From assembly GCA_040954595.2 (NCBI GenBank), contig CM082581.2, forward strand, positions 10,601,099 to 10,665,098: a stretch of DNA of 64,000 nucleotides, given 5' to 3'. The position numbers were made by a program, and so were the translations under genes. Below are positions 26,336-40,439 of the stretch, in pieces (position 1 is the first letter of the stretch; every line of letters starts with the position of its first letter). A model generated the notes under the pieces. That model was not told where the DNA came from. It searched no databases and saw nothing but the letters and a program-made list of their open reading frames with translations. This DNA comes from Balanoglossus misakiensis. Its lineage: Eukaryota > Animalia > Hemichordata.

Positions 26336-28719
26336 TCAACCGTCTGCAAGATCAGCTGTGAGTCTGCTGTACGTGATCTGGACCATGTCAGGATCCATGG
26401 GGGTCTTGCGTCGTCTCACCAGTAACAGGATCACAGTTATAATCAGAACGATGATGATCATTGACGACAAGATGTAGATCACGATGTTGTAATTAAACTG
26501 GCTTGGTTTGACCGTCTGAGAAAGAGAGAAAATAATACTTTTCTGTCATTTTTTTCATTTAAAATTGAATTACCAGTATTATATATAATTCAAGAATTTG
26601 CTAAAAATATACATGCTATTTGTACTTACAGCAACAACATAGCTTGGATCTGCATTGCAGTTGTCTTCATTACAGCAACATAGTGTGCCTTCTTGTCCAT
26701 TGAACTGTAAGTTATGAATAATGATGACATGAAAAAAGCAGATCATTTGTATTCTTTCAATGTATTGTTCTGTTTTCTTTACCACAGATACTGGACAGGT
26801 ATTCTTCACAAGCCAAAATACTATTTTAAATTATTACTAGTTAGTTAAGTTAAAGCAGTCAAAATCATGGCTGGTAAAAAATAATTGAACTCCAGCAAAA
26901 GCTATTAACACACACTAACCATTCCTGAGTAACATCCTCCTTTGGTGAGATTGTATTTTTTGCAGAATCTCTGATAACCAGTGTAACTGCCACAGAAGTA
27001 AGATGTCTCTTCTTTCTGTGTTATGTTCATGCAATATCGACTTTGATCTTTTTCACAGAGCACTTTGGTTAGGGGAGCTGGGGAAAAGGATCAGGGAACA
27101 ATAACTACAGTCACTTCACACAAAAAAAATTAAACTTCTACGATAAAATATTACATAATTTCAAGAATACGACCCTTTTTATTAGCCTTGGCATGAAATA
27201 TGTAATGCACTGAAGACATAAAATACAAAAGTAAAATCTACCCTTACCTGATTTGTTGTGACTATTTTTGTAGCATTCTTTAACTGAGGGAGTTATGGGT
27301 AGATTTCTGTCCAGTAAATCGGGCGTGTTACATTTGTCTCCATGGCAGCAACACAAATAACCATTTTTCCCATTGACCTATAAGTGTTAAAATATAAATT
27401 AGTCAGCACAATCCAATTTTGACCATTTTACATAAAATAGCAGTACGACTGTATATTTATTTACCTCAACATGATCTTTACAATTTGTTTGATTGAAACA
27501 TACACCAGTTGTGTCACAGGAAAAATCCGCTGTCCAAGATGATGTACCAAATTTCAAGGTGTCTTCATTGAAATACTTGAATATCATACAAGCTGGAAGC
27601 TGTGCTAGGGGTACTTCAATGTTAGATCTCTTCAGACGTTTCTCTCCTTGAGGGCTTGTGTCATTGCTCAATGACTTTGTTTCATTTGATTGGATTGCAT
27701 CAGTCACATGGTTGCCATTACCAACGGTGCTTGTGTGTGAGGGACTGGGTGTGGCAGGCAGCTGAGTAGTGGCTGTCCCGCGTGGAGGTGTGTGGTTAGC
27801 TGCAACTGTTGTCACGGTTTGCAGTTCTCTGGTGGGTGATGACTGCGTTCGTGCAGGAGTAACTTTCTTTGTTGTCGAAGGCACGGTTGGGGGGCGGGGG
27901 GTCACCTGAGCTGTCGGTGGCAGTGGTTTGTTGGTTGGTACAACACATTCCTCTGTGTGAAGCTGATTGGCATTTGTGTTGTCACTGGTCAAAGAGCCAA
28001 CATTACAGCCTGGTTCACCTGCAAGTCTGAAACATGATACAAATCAAAGTTTTCACAACTGGGGTCTGAAAAATATGACAATTAAATGCTGTATATAATA
28101 TAACAATATATTCACATGAAATTTAAATGTGTCTTTTTCTTTTGGTTTATTGTGAAATTAATCGATGTGATAAGAACAGCGATGACAACAAAAGCGGCTT
28201 ATGTATATGCACATTAAAGTAGTTATAGGCCCATATTTTTTTAATGAACGTCATCCCTATCATCTGAGTACAGAATAACAATGGTAATAAAATATACTAA
28301 ACTGTATTCACTACATCTGAAGTGCGAAATGAAACACAAATGTGTGTATTTCTACCACAGGCGCTAAGTCGCCGGTGCACACGACTCACGAGAGCTGTCT
28401 GACGCAAAGGGAAAAAAAGAGGAGGCATGAAAATGTTGAACCATACGCAATGTTTTATACACCCCTATGGCCTCGTAGTACAGTTGAGCCCCGAACGCAC
28501 AGACCTGTGCTTGGTGAAAACAACGACTTCCGGGTCTGTATTTCGAAAATATTACCGCCTAACAGATCTGGGCGACTTAAAAGTATGTGATATCGTGAAA
28601 ACTACATTAAGCGATACCATCAACACAAACAAAAATCGTACAACTTACCGCTGAATCGAGGAAAGTGACAAAACGCAGATAAGCGCCAGTCTAACACCGC
28701 AACATCTGTTGTCTGCCAT
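26336..28719 (-). CDS. Type-I membrane protein: signal peptide, Thr/Pro-rich mucin-like region, two three-finger (Ly6/uPAR/activin-receptor-like) Cys modules, TM and a short tail
   Basis: Six phase-consistent exons: MADNRCCGVRLALICVLSLSSIQR / mucin-like stretch and KRLKR / ...YLCCCHGDKCN / ECY...LC...YC...FCG...FC...GCY / TLCCCNEDNCN / TM IVIYILSSMIIIVLIITVILLLV followed by RRRKTPMDPDMVQITYSRLTADLADG*. Confidence 0.8.
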
Positions 28720-29062
28720 TTTCTCATCGAGAGCGACTTATCCACCAACTCACAGCAAAAGTATTATGTCGTTTGTTTTAGTTGTTTACCTTGACATACC
28801 GTGATTCATACACTATTTGTCATATTCAGTTGCATGAAAATCGATTACAAGGTTGAAAGAAGATTCATATATTCAAAATATTAATGTATTTCGTCGACGA
28901 ATTAGGTGTGGGTGGAAGTGGATGTGACTGATAATTGGTAACTTAAAGGGCCTTTACTCCGCAGCTTGCCCATTAAAATCACACCCACATGGCCGTCGAT
29001 TGAGAAAACATGTGTGTGTAACTCGTAGCGATTAGAACGAAATAAATTTCGAATTATCAACG
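28720..29062. promoter_or_regulatory. Putative bidirectional promoter between the three-finger receptor gene and RRP12
   Basis: Divergent start codons only ~340 bp apart, with locally elevated CpG. Confidence 0.55.
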
Positions 29063-32000
29063 ATGGTGCGTGGTCCAGGGCGAGTGAAAGGCGGCAAAGG
29101 AAAGCGTTGGAAGAAAGGCCACAGCAGCAGTTCAAACCCACAATCAAAATCTCATCGACAGGATGCGAAAAGCCAGTTCTTCCACCGAACAACTTCAGGT
29201 ATGCGTTAGGATTTGTGTTGTGGGCATGTGGCAGTTCGGTATGTCCTGTATGTACTAGACTCCGCCAAACCCCCAGGCTCCAGTCATAGAGCGTGATATT
29301 AACATTCAGTAAATGAAACAATATAGTCAAATTACAGTTGTCATGGTAACACTGTAAACACCTAGGGTAAACGCATCCCAGTGCAACAGCTGAAATCGTT
29401 AAAGGGGCAGTACCCAGCATGCCTCAGTCAGTCACTCACTTATTGGTCAGTTGCTTATGTTTTTCTTTATGGAAGTGTGCAAGAGTTATCAGTCCCTATA
29501 GCCTCTTTGCACCATATGATATCAGGTGTAAACTGCAAAGTACATATCCAAACACAAAACCAAACTAACCGTGTCTTTTAATATGAAATATACGTATCCC
29601 TGTCTCCATCTATCTGTATGCATCTATCTGCATGTTTCTATACTCATTCATTCTTATATGTTTGATGTGTGATGCCAGGTGGTAGTGGTCTGACAGAGAA
29701 AGCACTGCAGAGACACAACCAGGCAGTGTTGGAGGATGAAGATGTAGACATTCAGGATGTTGACAAAGAAACTGTCAGTGAAAGAACTTGCGGTACGTTC
29801 ATGAGTGGTCTGACAGATTGCACCAATCCCACGTTTGACAAAGTCAAGAAGTTTTGGGACAACAACTCAGCCAGTCACAAAGAGGTAAGACATACTTCAG
29901 TTTATTTCACTGTATGATTGGATAGCATTAGTTTCAATCCGAGTGATAAATGTTATTGTCACTTTCCGTAGCTGTGTCTGTGTGTGAGATTTGATGATTT
30001 GGATCTTTTTCAGATTTGTGCTGTTTTGGCAGCAGTGACAGAAGTCATTCGTGCTCAGGGAGGCAAGGAAACAGAAACCGAGTACTTTGCTGCATTGGTA
30101 AGAAAAGAAAAGATGTCTTCTGTTCATCTTCAGTTTTCCTGGTCCCTCTTTTCTGTTTTCATTTTTCTGCTTCTACCTCCAAGTCAGCATAACGCTCACA
30201 CATGCACTATTTACTCCCATGTTGTGTGATTTCTTTTCACAGATAACAACTTTAGAGACGGTGGACACTGAAGAGTCCAAAGCAGCTGTTCTTTATTTAC
30301 TCAGCATGGTCATGAAAAGGTGAGGAAATTTTATGAGAATAATCTTGTTCAGCTGAAATAGAAAAAAAAATCCTATCAAGATATAAAATGAGAAAAAAAA
30401 GAGACAAATCAAAAATCTCAATGCTTGTTTGAAATCAAGGTAGGCTCTACTCAACTGTATGCTATTCAAACTGTGAATCATCTAAAAACAGAATAATGCA
30501 TTTTCATTGTCAGAGTTCCTCCGTCAGTTCTGAAGAGTCGTTCTTCAATGGTCAGCAAACCACTGTTGGATATCTTGGCCCAGCACAGCAACACTGCAGT
30601 CTCACCATTGCTCAGGTCAACTTTGTCATCTTTGGCTACTCTGCTTCGTGCCCAAGAAATTGCAGTGTGGAGTGACGCATCCACGTTACAAGTCTATCAT
30701 GGAGTTCTGAGCTACACTATTCATCCAAAGCCAAAGGTTAGTTTCAGGATTATTGATATAAAGCACAAGTGTATCATCTCAATCTCTGCTCCTCTGTTCA
30801 GTCAAACATATCTCCTGCTCTCTGGCTCATACTCATGCAGTCAGTGATTCATAAATAATATTTCCCTGAAATGTCTGACTAGGTTCGTAGAGCTGCCCAC
30901 CAAGCTGTCTGTGCAATACTGAAAGGAAGTACATTCATGACACAAGGAGACCCGCCCCCGTATCACCCAGCTGCCTCCACTACTGCTAAGTTCTGTATCC
31001 AACAGATAGAAGACACTGGAGGTATGTGAAATGGCAAACCTAAACTGTTCTGAAGTCTCATGAGGCCAAAGTTCTTGTAATTCTTGATGATATAATTTTT
31101 GGAGCATATTGTTTGATTTGCTGATGACAGAATAAAAGAGTTTTTTAACTGGATGATGGAAAATGAACAAACATTTACTGTACTGTTACAGGTACTGGTG
31201 AAGCCCATGCTACTCTTCATGTACTTGGATTCTTGAAAGATGTTATTGGGGTATTTCCCCAGAGTAGCCTAAAATCAACTTGTGAGACACTTCTAAGAGT
31301 GATGACTCTCAGTAATGTGGTGAGTAAAATCATATATTAATATAAACATATAAAGTCATATGTTTTAAATAATTTAAGGATGTACGTTCAGTAAAATTGA
31401 AAGTATTGTCATTTTTTTTAATTGTGGATTTTTGGATTCTCCTTTGTATGTATAATGAAAATCCGTAATAAAATATAGGGGTCACCGCGCTTGTTTTTGA
31501 AATACAGAGCCATGAATTTAGTCGAAAAAAGAAGAAAACTGATGACTCAGCATTTTTCACCAATGGTTTGTCTATGGGCAAAATTTTTGACGCAATTTAT
31601 CTCAAAATAGAGCGCGGTGACCCCTATATTTTATTTGACCAATGAATTTATATTTGCTGAACTGAGCTTTGTGTGAAATTTCGTGAAAATGACAATAGTA
31701 GAAGTTTGTTTTCTAGCAATTTTCAATGTAATCCTATGGGAAAAAGACCGGGCGCGCGCTGTTTCCGGTTTATGTTCTGCGCGTACATCCTTAATAGAAA
31801 AGGTTTTTGTATTTTTCAGTTTTGAACCATTCAGGTGTGCAATCATTCGACATGGAAGGATTAAATTCATCCTTCTCTAAATCTGTCTTTTTTTACCACA
31901 CAGTTGGTGACATCATGTTGCATGCAGGCTCTACACGGTATGTTTTCACTGAAACCCAAGTCCAGCAGTTTGCCGCCAGACTTGAACGCCCAACTGATAA

Positions 32001-35000
32001 ACGCCCTGTATGACTACCAACCGAGCGAAAATGATGTGCAGCCAACGCTCGCCTGGCTGGCTGTCATGGAAAAAGCACATTGTAATTTAGAAAGGCAAGT
32101 AATTAATGCTTGGAGATAATTTATACAACAACCATGTAGAGTTAAGGTTAAAAGGGGCTCATATATTTTCCTGACAGATAAAACCAAGCATGCAGGCAAT
32201 CAGTCTTATATTTTTCAATGCTTTGGTTGAGATTTTGAAACATTGCCAAACATTTGCATTACAGTGATTGATTCACTTGGGAGAATACATTGTTAAATTG
32301 TGCAAGTCTTCTTTTATGGGGCCAGGATATCTGTCACTGTCACTGTGAGCATTTTTCATGAATTTTTTTTTAATTATCAATCTTTTTATTTTTTTTTACC
32401 TTCAGGTTGGATGAAAGATTATGTATCAGTCATTTACCTAGGATTTTCAGTTCAGCCATGAAATGCTTAGCTTCAGAGAAAAGAGAAATTACACAGGCTG
32501 CCACTCAGACACTGAAGGTGAGAGAATTTGCGGTATAGGATAGGCCAATATTGTTGGTGAAAATGAATAATGAATGTAATAAATAATGCAATATAAGTAG
32601 GGAAATTTTTCCCAAAGAAAAGAACATGCCATACAGAGAGAATGTATTACATTTCTTCACACGGCCATCTTTGTTTCTTGCAGGAGTTACTGCAGCATTG
32701 TGTGAAGCCAGCAGCTGAAAGACTACAAAATGAAGTGAAGACTGCCCCCAGTGGCAGTCTGACATCAGGGCATAAAATGTTCAAAGCTGTAGAAAGTGGA
32801 CTGGCGTATAAATATCATTCCTCATGGAGACTTGTCTTGCAAATACTGGGAGTGTTCTTTGAGGTAATGCAAATAGTGCTCATAAAGTAACAGTGAATTT
32901 TGCCATTGTTATACTAGTATTTTTCTTAAACAGAACATAACCAGCTTCAGATCTCCCCTCACATGACTAAGTTCCTATGGCTCTATGTTTCATTATTCAG
33001 GTTCTGGGTAAACAGTGCCCTCAGATGATGAAGAAATGTTTGCAATCCATGGCAGATCTCCGAAACACTCACCAGTTTCTGTATGTCTATGAATTAGACA
33101 AAGCTGTGGGTATGGCAGTCAGAAGTATGGGGCCTAGATTGGTGTTAGAGGCTATCCCGCTACAGGTCACAGGAGATGAGTAAGTTTGACATTAGATCCT
33201 TGACAAGAAAAGTTTGGGTTTTTGAATTATTTGGTTGTAGAAATTGAGCTCCTGAAGAAGAAACATACCTTGTTCAAAATTATGGAATCTTTGATTTTCC
33301 CTTCACAGAGACAATTATGATTTCCCAAGAAGTTGGTTGATACCGGTGTTGCGGGATTATACCAGAGAAACAGAACTGCAGTTTTTCACCAAATACTTTC
33401 TGCCGTTGGCTGCAAAACTGAAAACGAAATGTAAGTGTTTCCTGCCATTTGTGCGGTTTTGGCTGACTTGCAATTTTAAATGGGGTATATACCTTGATAG
33501 GAATCACTTCAGTTCAGAATATATCACGTCTTTTGATAGCACTGTATAATGTTTACTCACTCTGTTTTTGCAGCCCTGGAACTAGAACAGAGCGGTCAAA
33601 TGGTCGAGAGTAAAACTTACGACATCCTTCAGTCGCAGCTGTGGTCCCTGTTGCCGGGATTTTGTACCAGCCCAACGGATCTGTGCCTGGCGTTTAAGAA
33701 CATTGCTCGGATACTTGGAAGTGTGCTGAACGATCGACCGGATCTCAGGCCTGATGTCTGCAGTGCGATCAGATTGTTGATCAATAAAAATGTTGATAAT
33801 GGTAAATTTAGAACTATTTCACCATTATTTCTCTGTATGTTGATCCAAGCGTGCCTTAGTCACCTGAAAACTGTTGCTGTGTTTAAAATTTCGGAGTTTT
33901 TGCCATTTCATCAAATGGTATGGTCTTCTATTTCTTTTTGTCTTTCAGAGGAAAACACGGCTGAAGTTGCCAGATTTGCCAAGAATTTCCTGCCCATCCT
34001 GTTTAATATTTATACCACAGTGGATTCGGAGAAGAGGGACTCTACAAGATATACAGTTCTAGAAACGGTTAAGACGTACCTCAGCATTACAGACACCAAG
34101 GTGCGATGATCACTGAGATATTTCATTAATCTTGATTTGAGCTTTGCTTTTAACAGAATGAAATCATGTGATGTACAACTAGTCAACAAACCACAGAGCA
34201 CCACAAACAACCACTGAGATTGATAGCTGTTGCTTTTGTTTGTCTTCACAGCTTGCAAATAACTTTCTTGACAAGGCATTGGACAAACTGAATACAGATG
34301 CCACCTCTCTTGTCAAACATGCTGTCTTGGATCTGTGCATATGCATGGTGCCATACATCAGTACGGAAAAACTCAACAAAACCTACAGCGCAGTTGTTCC
34401 ATACCTTCAGGTGGGTCAGATAAATATGTATATCCAACATGTCATTTCAAAGTGATAAACAGACCACATAATAATTCTGTGCTTGTCTTTTTTATTTAAA
34501 CAGAGCCACGATAAAACCATGCAGAAGAAATCCTATCGCATACTGGAAGAAATATGCGGAAGTTCATCCGAGGCCAGTCAGAAGTTTGTGGAAGACAAGT
34601 TGCCAGAGTTGCAAGAGATCCTGCTCAGTGCCTTGGCGTCATCCACATCATCTTCCAAAGCTGTGAGTTTGCAAATGATGTCATTATGTTTGGAGCATGT
34701 CAGCTCATGTGATATAAGATGTAGCTCTGAGATGTTTATCAAAAGCAATTCTGCAATTGAAACATCAGAGACAACTCAATAAAATAATTGTATCTGATTT
34801 CAGCCAAGACTCCGTTGCCTGATCCACCTGGTGAAGAGACTTCCGGCAGAAAATATTGATTTTGTGGAGTCCATCGTTGGAGAAGTGATTCTGTGCACCA
34901 AGGAAGTGGGCATCAAAGCAAGACAGGCAGCGTTCACTTTGCTTGTGGAAGTGGGTAATACCTTGGTGAGACTGAACAAGGACAAGACTAAGCAAGGTAT

Positions 35001-37853
35001 GAGAAGTCCCTCCACATTCCAGCTGCACTCCCCATCTCAAATTTGGTTTAACCAACTCTATAGTATTCCATTTTTGACTCATTTCAGAGAAGTAGTTCAT
35101 GTACTGACTGTGTCCTGTAATATGCATGTATTATTGAATTTATTTTTCCAGATTGTTTGTGTAATTACATGTCTATGGTGTCTGCCGGACTTGTCGGCTC
35201 TCCAACTATGGTTAGTTCCACCATCCTGGCATTGACAAGATTGCTGTATGAATACAGAGGTAAGAGCATTTACAATAAATCTCAAACTCCCTTGTCTAGT
35301 TTCGCATGTACATTTGTAAATAACATTCAGTACCAAAGGGATCATTTTGAAGCACACCTTGAAATTGTTAATGTTTTTTGTCTGTATGATCACAGACACA
35401 CTGCCCAGTGATGTCATTGGGGACCTGATTGATGGCATCTGCATTCTGTTGAAGTCTCGCAATCGTGAAATAGTGGCGTCGGCGATGGGTTTCGTCAAAG
35501 TTTTGATTAGCGTCCTGAGTGATGTGGCACTGGCTCAGCATCTCCAGAAACTGGTGAGTTTTTCAGTCTGGTTTATACGCGAGCTTTCCAAAAATATGCT
35601 TTGTGTTCTCAGTGTAAGCATTCTGCTCGTTCATGAGACATAAGATATAAGAGTCATTTTCTGGTGAATTGCAAAAAAATTGTAGCATTATCTGTGTATA
35701 CGTACCATCATGTATTATTTTAATATTCTCAGATTGATAGTATGGTGACATGGAACAGTGATAGCAGACATCATTTCAGGTTCAAAGTCAAGAACTTGTT
35801 TGGGAGACTCATGAAAAAATACGGGTGAGGGTTAAAACTTTTTTTTGGTTTTCCAAAGATATTGATAAATGAGCAAAAAAAGAAAGCATTGAAAATGAGG
35901 GTTGTGAAAATCAATGACTGTAATAGGCATTGGGATATTTTATTGCTTGTGTCGTCTGCAGATACCACACAATTTTCAAGATGGTGCCGGAGAATTACCA
36001 CAAAATGCTGAAGAACAGTCATAAACTACAAGAAAGGTCCAAGAAGCGGAAGGCTCTGAAAGAGTCTGTCAAGATGTCTGAAGATGATGAAGGTCAAAGT
36101 GTACAAGCACCAAGACCAAAACCAGAAAGGTGAGATTTGTTGGGTTATATTCATGTGGGTATTTGATGTTCCATGGGCGTCGGCCAAAATTCACATCTTG
36201 GAGATGGAAGCTGCAACACCTTGTTCCCATGTGGGAAACTCATGATTAACCTAAGTGTGTGTTTTTTTTCGGTTACTGCATAGTATTGAAGACTTGCTGC
36301 AGGATACCGATTCTGAAGACGAGGAAGAGGAGGAAGAAAAGCCGAAGAAGAGAGACAGGGTTGCTAAGAAACAAAAGTCTGCTGCCTGGTTACAGGAAGA
36401 TGCTGATGTGGAACCCCTGGATTTCTTGGATCCTGGCGTTTCAAAAAGGGTCCTTGGTAAGTCAATAAAGATGGCATGTTTTGACATTAAAGTAAAACAA
36501 AGGTGTGACTGGTTTTCGTAAATAGATAAAGAGCCACATACAATCTTTGCTTTATTTGCAGCAACAAAACCTGGTCTTGAAACTACAAAGAAGAAACCAA
36601 GCCGAAAAAATGACTTCAAAATTGCCCCAGATGGTAGAATGATTATAACAGAGGAGGATGAAGATGATGACGATGATAGCAAAAAGAGGAAAGTTAGTGG
36701 AGATATGGATGATCTGGATAAACTTATGGCAGAAGCTGTGCCTACAAAGGTAAGCTTTGTAAATATTTCCTGTTGTGTGGTGAAATTCTGAGAGTTCACT
36801 TTTGGTCTGAGTAGTTCATTATTTTGATAAGACAGTGTCTTGAAGAAAGTGTTCATTGTTGTCCATTTCAGGGTAATCGTAAACGTAAACTTGATGACGA
36901 TTCCGACGAAGAAGTCACTACCAAGTATAAAGGTAAGGAAATTGGTTCAGTGTTTTGATATATCAGTGTAGGGGTAGGAGAAACGAACCATTGACTTTGT
37001 TCCCTAACCTCTAAGCAAAATCATCATGTCCACTGTATGTCATTTACAGCTGGTGGAAGTGGAATTCACAGACCCGTCAAGATCGCCAAAAGGACGAAGC
37101 TCCCCCCTGGTGCTGAATACAAAGCCAAGGTTAGTGATTTCCAGCCTTGAAACAGCTGAACTTCTTTCAGAAGTAGAGCCCGTAAAATGGTACTGCAAAT
37201 GTATGAGCCAACATTGTGAATGTCGAATTGATGTTTTTGTGATCATGTAAATGAAAATGGCCGACACAATTTATGAAGATGAATGAATTTTCAATACGTT
37301 TATTGTTGAGTCCAAATATACTGTAAACATAAAATGTACAAGGCAATAACCTTTCACTTGACTAATGTTGGAAAGCATAGCATGCGTGTCTAAGGGAAGT
37401 CGACCATCAAAAACTTCACATTACAAAACTTTTGTTGGTAGTTTTCCTTATGGCATTATTTTTTCCTGTTTCTATCTAACAGAAAGCTGGTGGTGACATG
37501 AAGAGGCGAGGAATGCCTGATCCCTATGCATATATGCCATTGAACATGACACAACTTAACAAGAGGTAGGTACATTTGTGAAGACTACTGCACATTTTCA
37601 AATGGTGCTTCCACTTTGCAGAACAGAAAAAAAACTCTTAATATCTGCACTACATAGCTACAGTTGGTTGCAGTCTATTCATATTGTTCCCTGTCCAGAA
37701 GCAAATCACAGATTTAAAAACAAAGGCAACTTTTGTTTCAACAGGAAACAGGCCAAGGCTGCCGGACAGTGGAAGTCGATGGTCAAAGCGGCGAAGAGAG
37801 GAGCCAAGAAAGGAATGCAAATGAAGGGTCAGAAAAGGAAAGGAAGAAAATGA
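29063..37853 (+). CDS. RRP12: RRP12-like ribosome biogenesis HEAT-repeat protein (multi-exon)
   Basis: N-terminus [14 protein letters not shown], then [121 protein letters not shown] and PDPYAYMPL. Confidence 0.95.
31378..31790. mobile_element. 413-bp Kolobok-like non-autonomous DNA transposon in an RRP12 intron
   Basis: TTAA|GGATGTACG...CGTACATCC|TTAA (TTAA at 31374-31377 and 31791-31794). Internal inverted pair aataaaatataggggtcaccgcgc (~31467) / gcgcggtgacccctatattttatt (~31612). Confidence 0.8.
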
Positions 37854-38148
37854 CCTTTGACCCCAATTATACAGATTTTCAATTAAAAATGTTTTGCTTT
37901 CGTGACAATTTTTGTTCACTCACCAGCATTTAAGTTCTGATTATAGTTTTAAGGTATTTTAGAATATTCAATAAAAATATTGAGTAATTTAATATTCCAT
38001 CCAGATGTCACATTGAGAAACGTTGAATTCCCTACTAATGTAAGTTTCATTGTAATCCATTATTGTAGATCATGTCAGGTTTACATTATACAGCCATGAT
38101 CACTCCACAGGTCATATGCTCGATGTAGAGTGGCCATGCTCTTGCTCA

Positions 38149-40439
38149 TTAACAGACACAGACAGCTGCTAATTTTGCGACCGCATCTGCCGTTGCCTTG
38201 GCCGAATCTTGCACTCTCTGTGCAATCAACACCACATCGCTGTCACGCGCCTTCCCTGTGGCTGCAGCGTTGACTGCGGCTGTTGCAGCGTATCTATCAG
38301 CAGCAGCTGCGGCACCCCTGGCTCTGTGTACAGCTTCCTGCAGCGCGCCGGTGTCGCCGTTTTGCGCCGCGTCTACGGCGTCTCGGATAGCCGCAGTGGC
38401 TTCGCTGATGAAGAGTTGAGCTTCCCTGGCTGCACTGATGGCGTCTTTCTCGAGACCGCTTACGCTGATGCTGTTGTTTTCAGCATTGTCGATGCTAGCA
38501 ACTTGTGGCAGAGGGACTTCTAACCCATTTCCTTCAAGAGTGTCAGTCCCTGCGTCATCAGACTCTAGTCCAGTAAATAAATCCTGTAATAATTGCTGCC
38601 CATCATCCTTGATCTCATTGCCGACCAACACATCTGTATTACCAGACATGTCATCCAAATATGGCCCATCCTGTACAAGCACTTCCTTTTGCTCTCCAAC
38701 CAAATTTGCGTCTTCTAATTCTTCAGCCCACGCGTCTGTTTGTGTCTGCGAATAATTCTCTCCATCGCCTGCCGTTTCTTCTATAAAGTTATTTGCAGTT
38801 TTGTCCAGAACTGCTACTTCCTTCATGATCGAATCCCAGTTGAGACCCTCCTCAGATTGTAATTCTTTCACGTGTGTGAAATCCTCCGTTGCAGGTACAG
38901 TCACGGTCGGCATCATCCCATCGGGGAGAACCTCGAGCATCTCGTTTGATTCAATCATTATTTCTTCATCACCTTTGATGTCATCCTCTGTTCCGACAGT
39001 TGCTTCTTGCCCCGTTTGTGCTGAATCCGAGTAACCTCCTGTGGTCACCAACATCAACCACGTGAATAGATCTCCATCACCTGTTTTGTCTTCTTGTGGG
39101 AGATCTTGAGTGAATGGCGTGGTTTCCACCCACATCAGTCCCGGTTCAGTTGCACTCTCATCTTCACCAAAAGCCTGGACAGTTTGCATGTCATTGACTT
39201 CAGCTGGCTCCATATAACCCAGTATTCCCATTGTGTTGTCGTCTTCTATTCCTAGTTCAACAGGTGTGAAGTCAGTTCCTGCAATCAGGAAATTCGAAGT
39301 TGTGTGTTCCTCCATTATTGTGTTTGATTTTCCCTCCACTGTTCCCTCTTGGAGAATGCTCTGAGTCGACCCTGTCCTCGGGTTAGCATCTTCGAAAACT
39401 GAATTTGTGGCCGCCTGTCTCTGCAAGATGACGAGTGGTTCTGTTTCTCCATCATTAATTGGTTCTGTTGGCGACCCTGTATGGCCAGTCTGGTATTCAC
39501 TGGTTGGCATCACAGTTGATAAACCTGCAGTTTCCTCTTGTTTGGTCGCTTCTGTTGTTGGAGTTGTTACTGCTTCATGTCCAACTGTAGCTCTTTCTCT
39601 TTCCTCCACAGCGCCGTGTTGAGTCGTTGCCACGGTTTCGTATCCAGTTCCGGTGTACTCTGATCCTGGAGACGTTTGTCCCAAAGCGGTGGATTTTTTT
39701 TCACCATCCACAGTTGAGCAGTTATCATCATCTATTTGTTCTTCAGTTTGCTGTGATCCAGTCGTTCCTTGAATGGGCGTGGTCCAAGGTGTTGTCTCTC
39801 CTTGGGACCTGTCGCCTTTTCCATCTCCATCCTCACCATCTGTTTTTGTCACTGGATCCCCACCAGATGTACTTCTGTCAACATCCGTCGACTTTGGTGT
39901 GGTATCTACGCCAGTAGATGTACTGGCAGTTGGAATAACCTCAGTTGTGGGTGAAACTGGACCTTTCACTGTGCCCGTGGGTGTTACAAAGGTTTCACTA
40001 TCTCGAAGCATTGTTGATGGGGACATTGTAAATGTAGCATCATCCGTTTCTGTGAGTCCAGCATCATCAGAAGTAACATGTGAGTTGATGGTGTTAATAT
40101 CATCTATAAAAAGACAGAAAATCGGTCAGAAGTTGGTTGAATATTTAGAGAATATATCTGTCCATTATGAAATATTACACATGCCAAAAGTAAGATAAAA
40201 CGTTACTGTTTGTTGAAGTCAGTTTAGAATCTTCTGCTTATAATTTACTGCAGTGATTTGTGAATGTGTATGCTGACATGCATTGGGATTGCAGTCACTG
40301 TTTTTGATTTCTGAAGATAAAGAATATGAGTTTTTGTACCTTGTGTTACAGTTGTCGCATCGATGGGTGCAGCGGTGATTGTTGTTTGGGTGAAGGAAGA
40401 ATATAAGTATAGCACGATGAAAAGAAACTTCCCGTCCAT
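38149..40439 (-). CDS. Orphan secreted acidic Thr/Glu/Asp-rich protein with an Ala-rich helical C-terminus, 2 exons (~685 aa)
   Basis: Exon 1 (40439-40340) encodes the signal peptide MDGKFLFIVLYLYSSFTQTTITA-AP. A phase-1 splice leads to exon 2 (40103-38149), which contains the 625-aa ORF ending AAVCVC*. Confidence 0.8.

Noticed and set aside
29885-37480. Intronic snoRNAs in RRP12
   Set aside because: Scattered TGATGA/CTGA motifs lack correct spacing, terminal stems or recognizable guide sequences. An Infernal/snoscan run would be needed.
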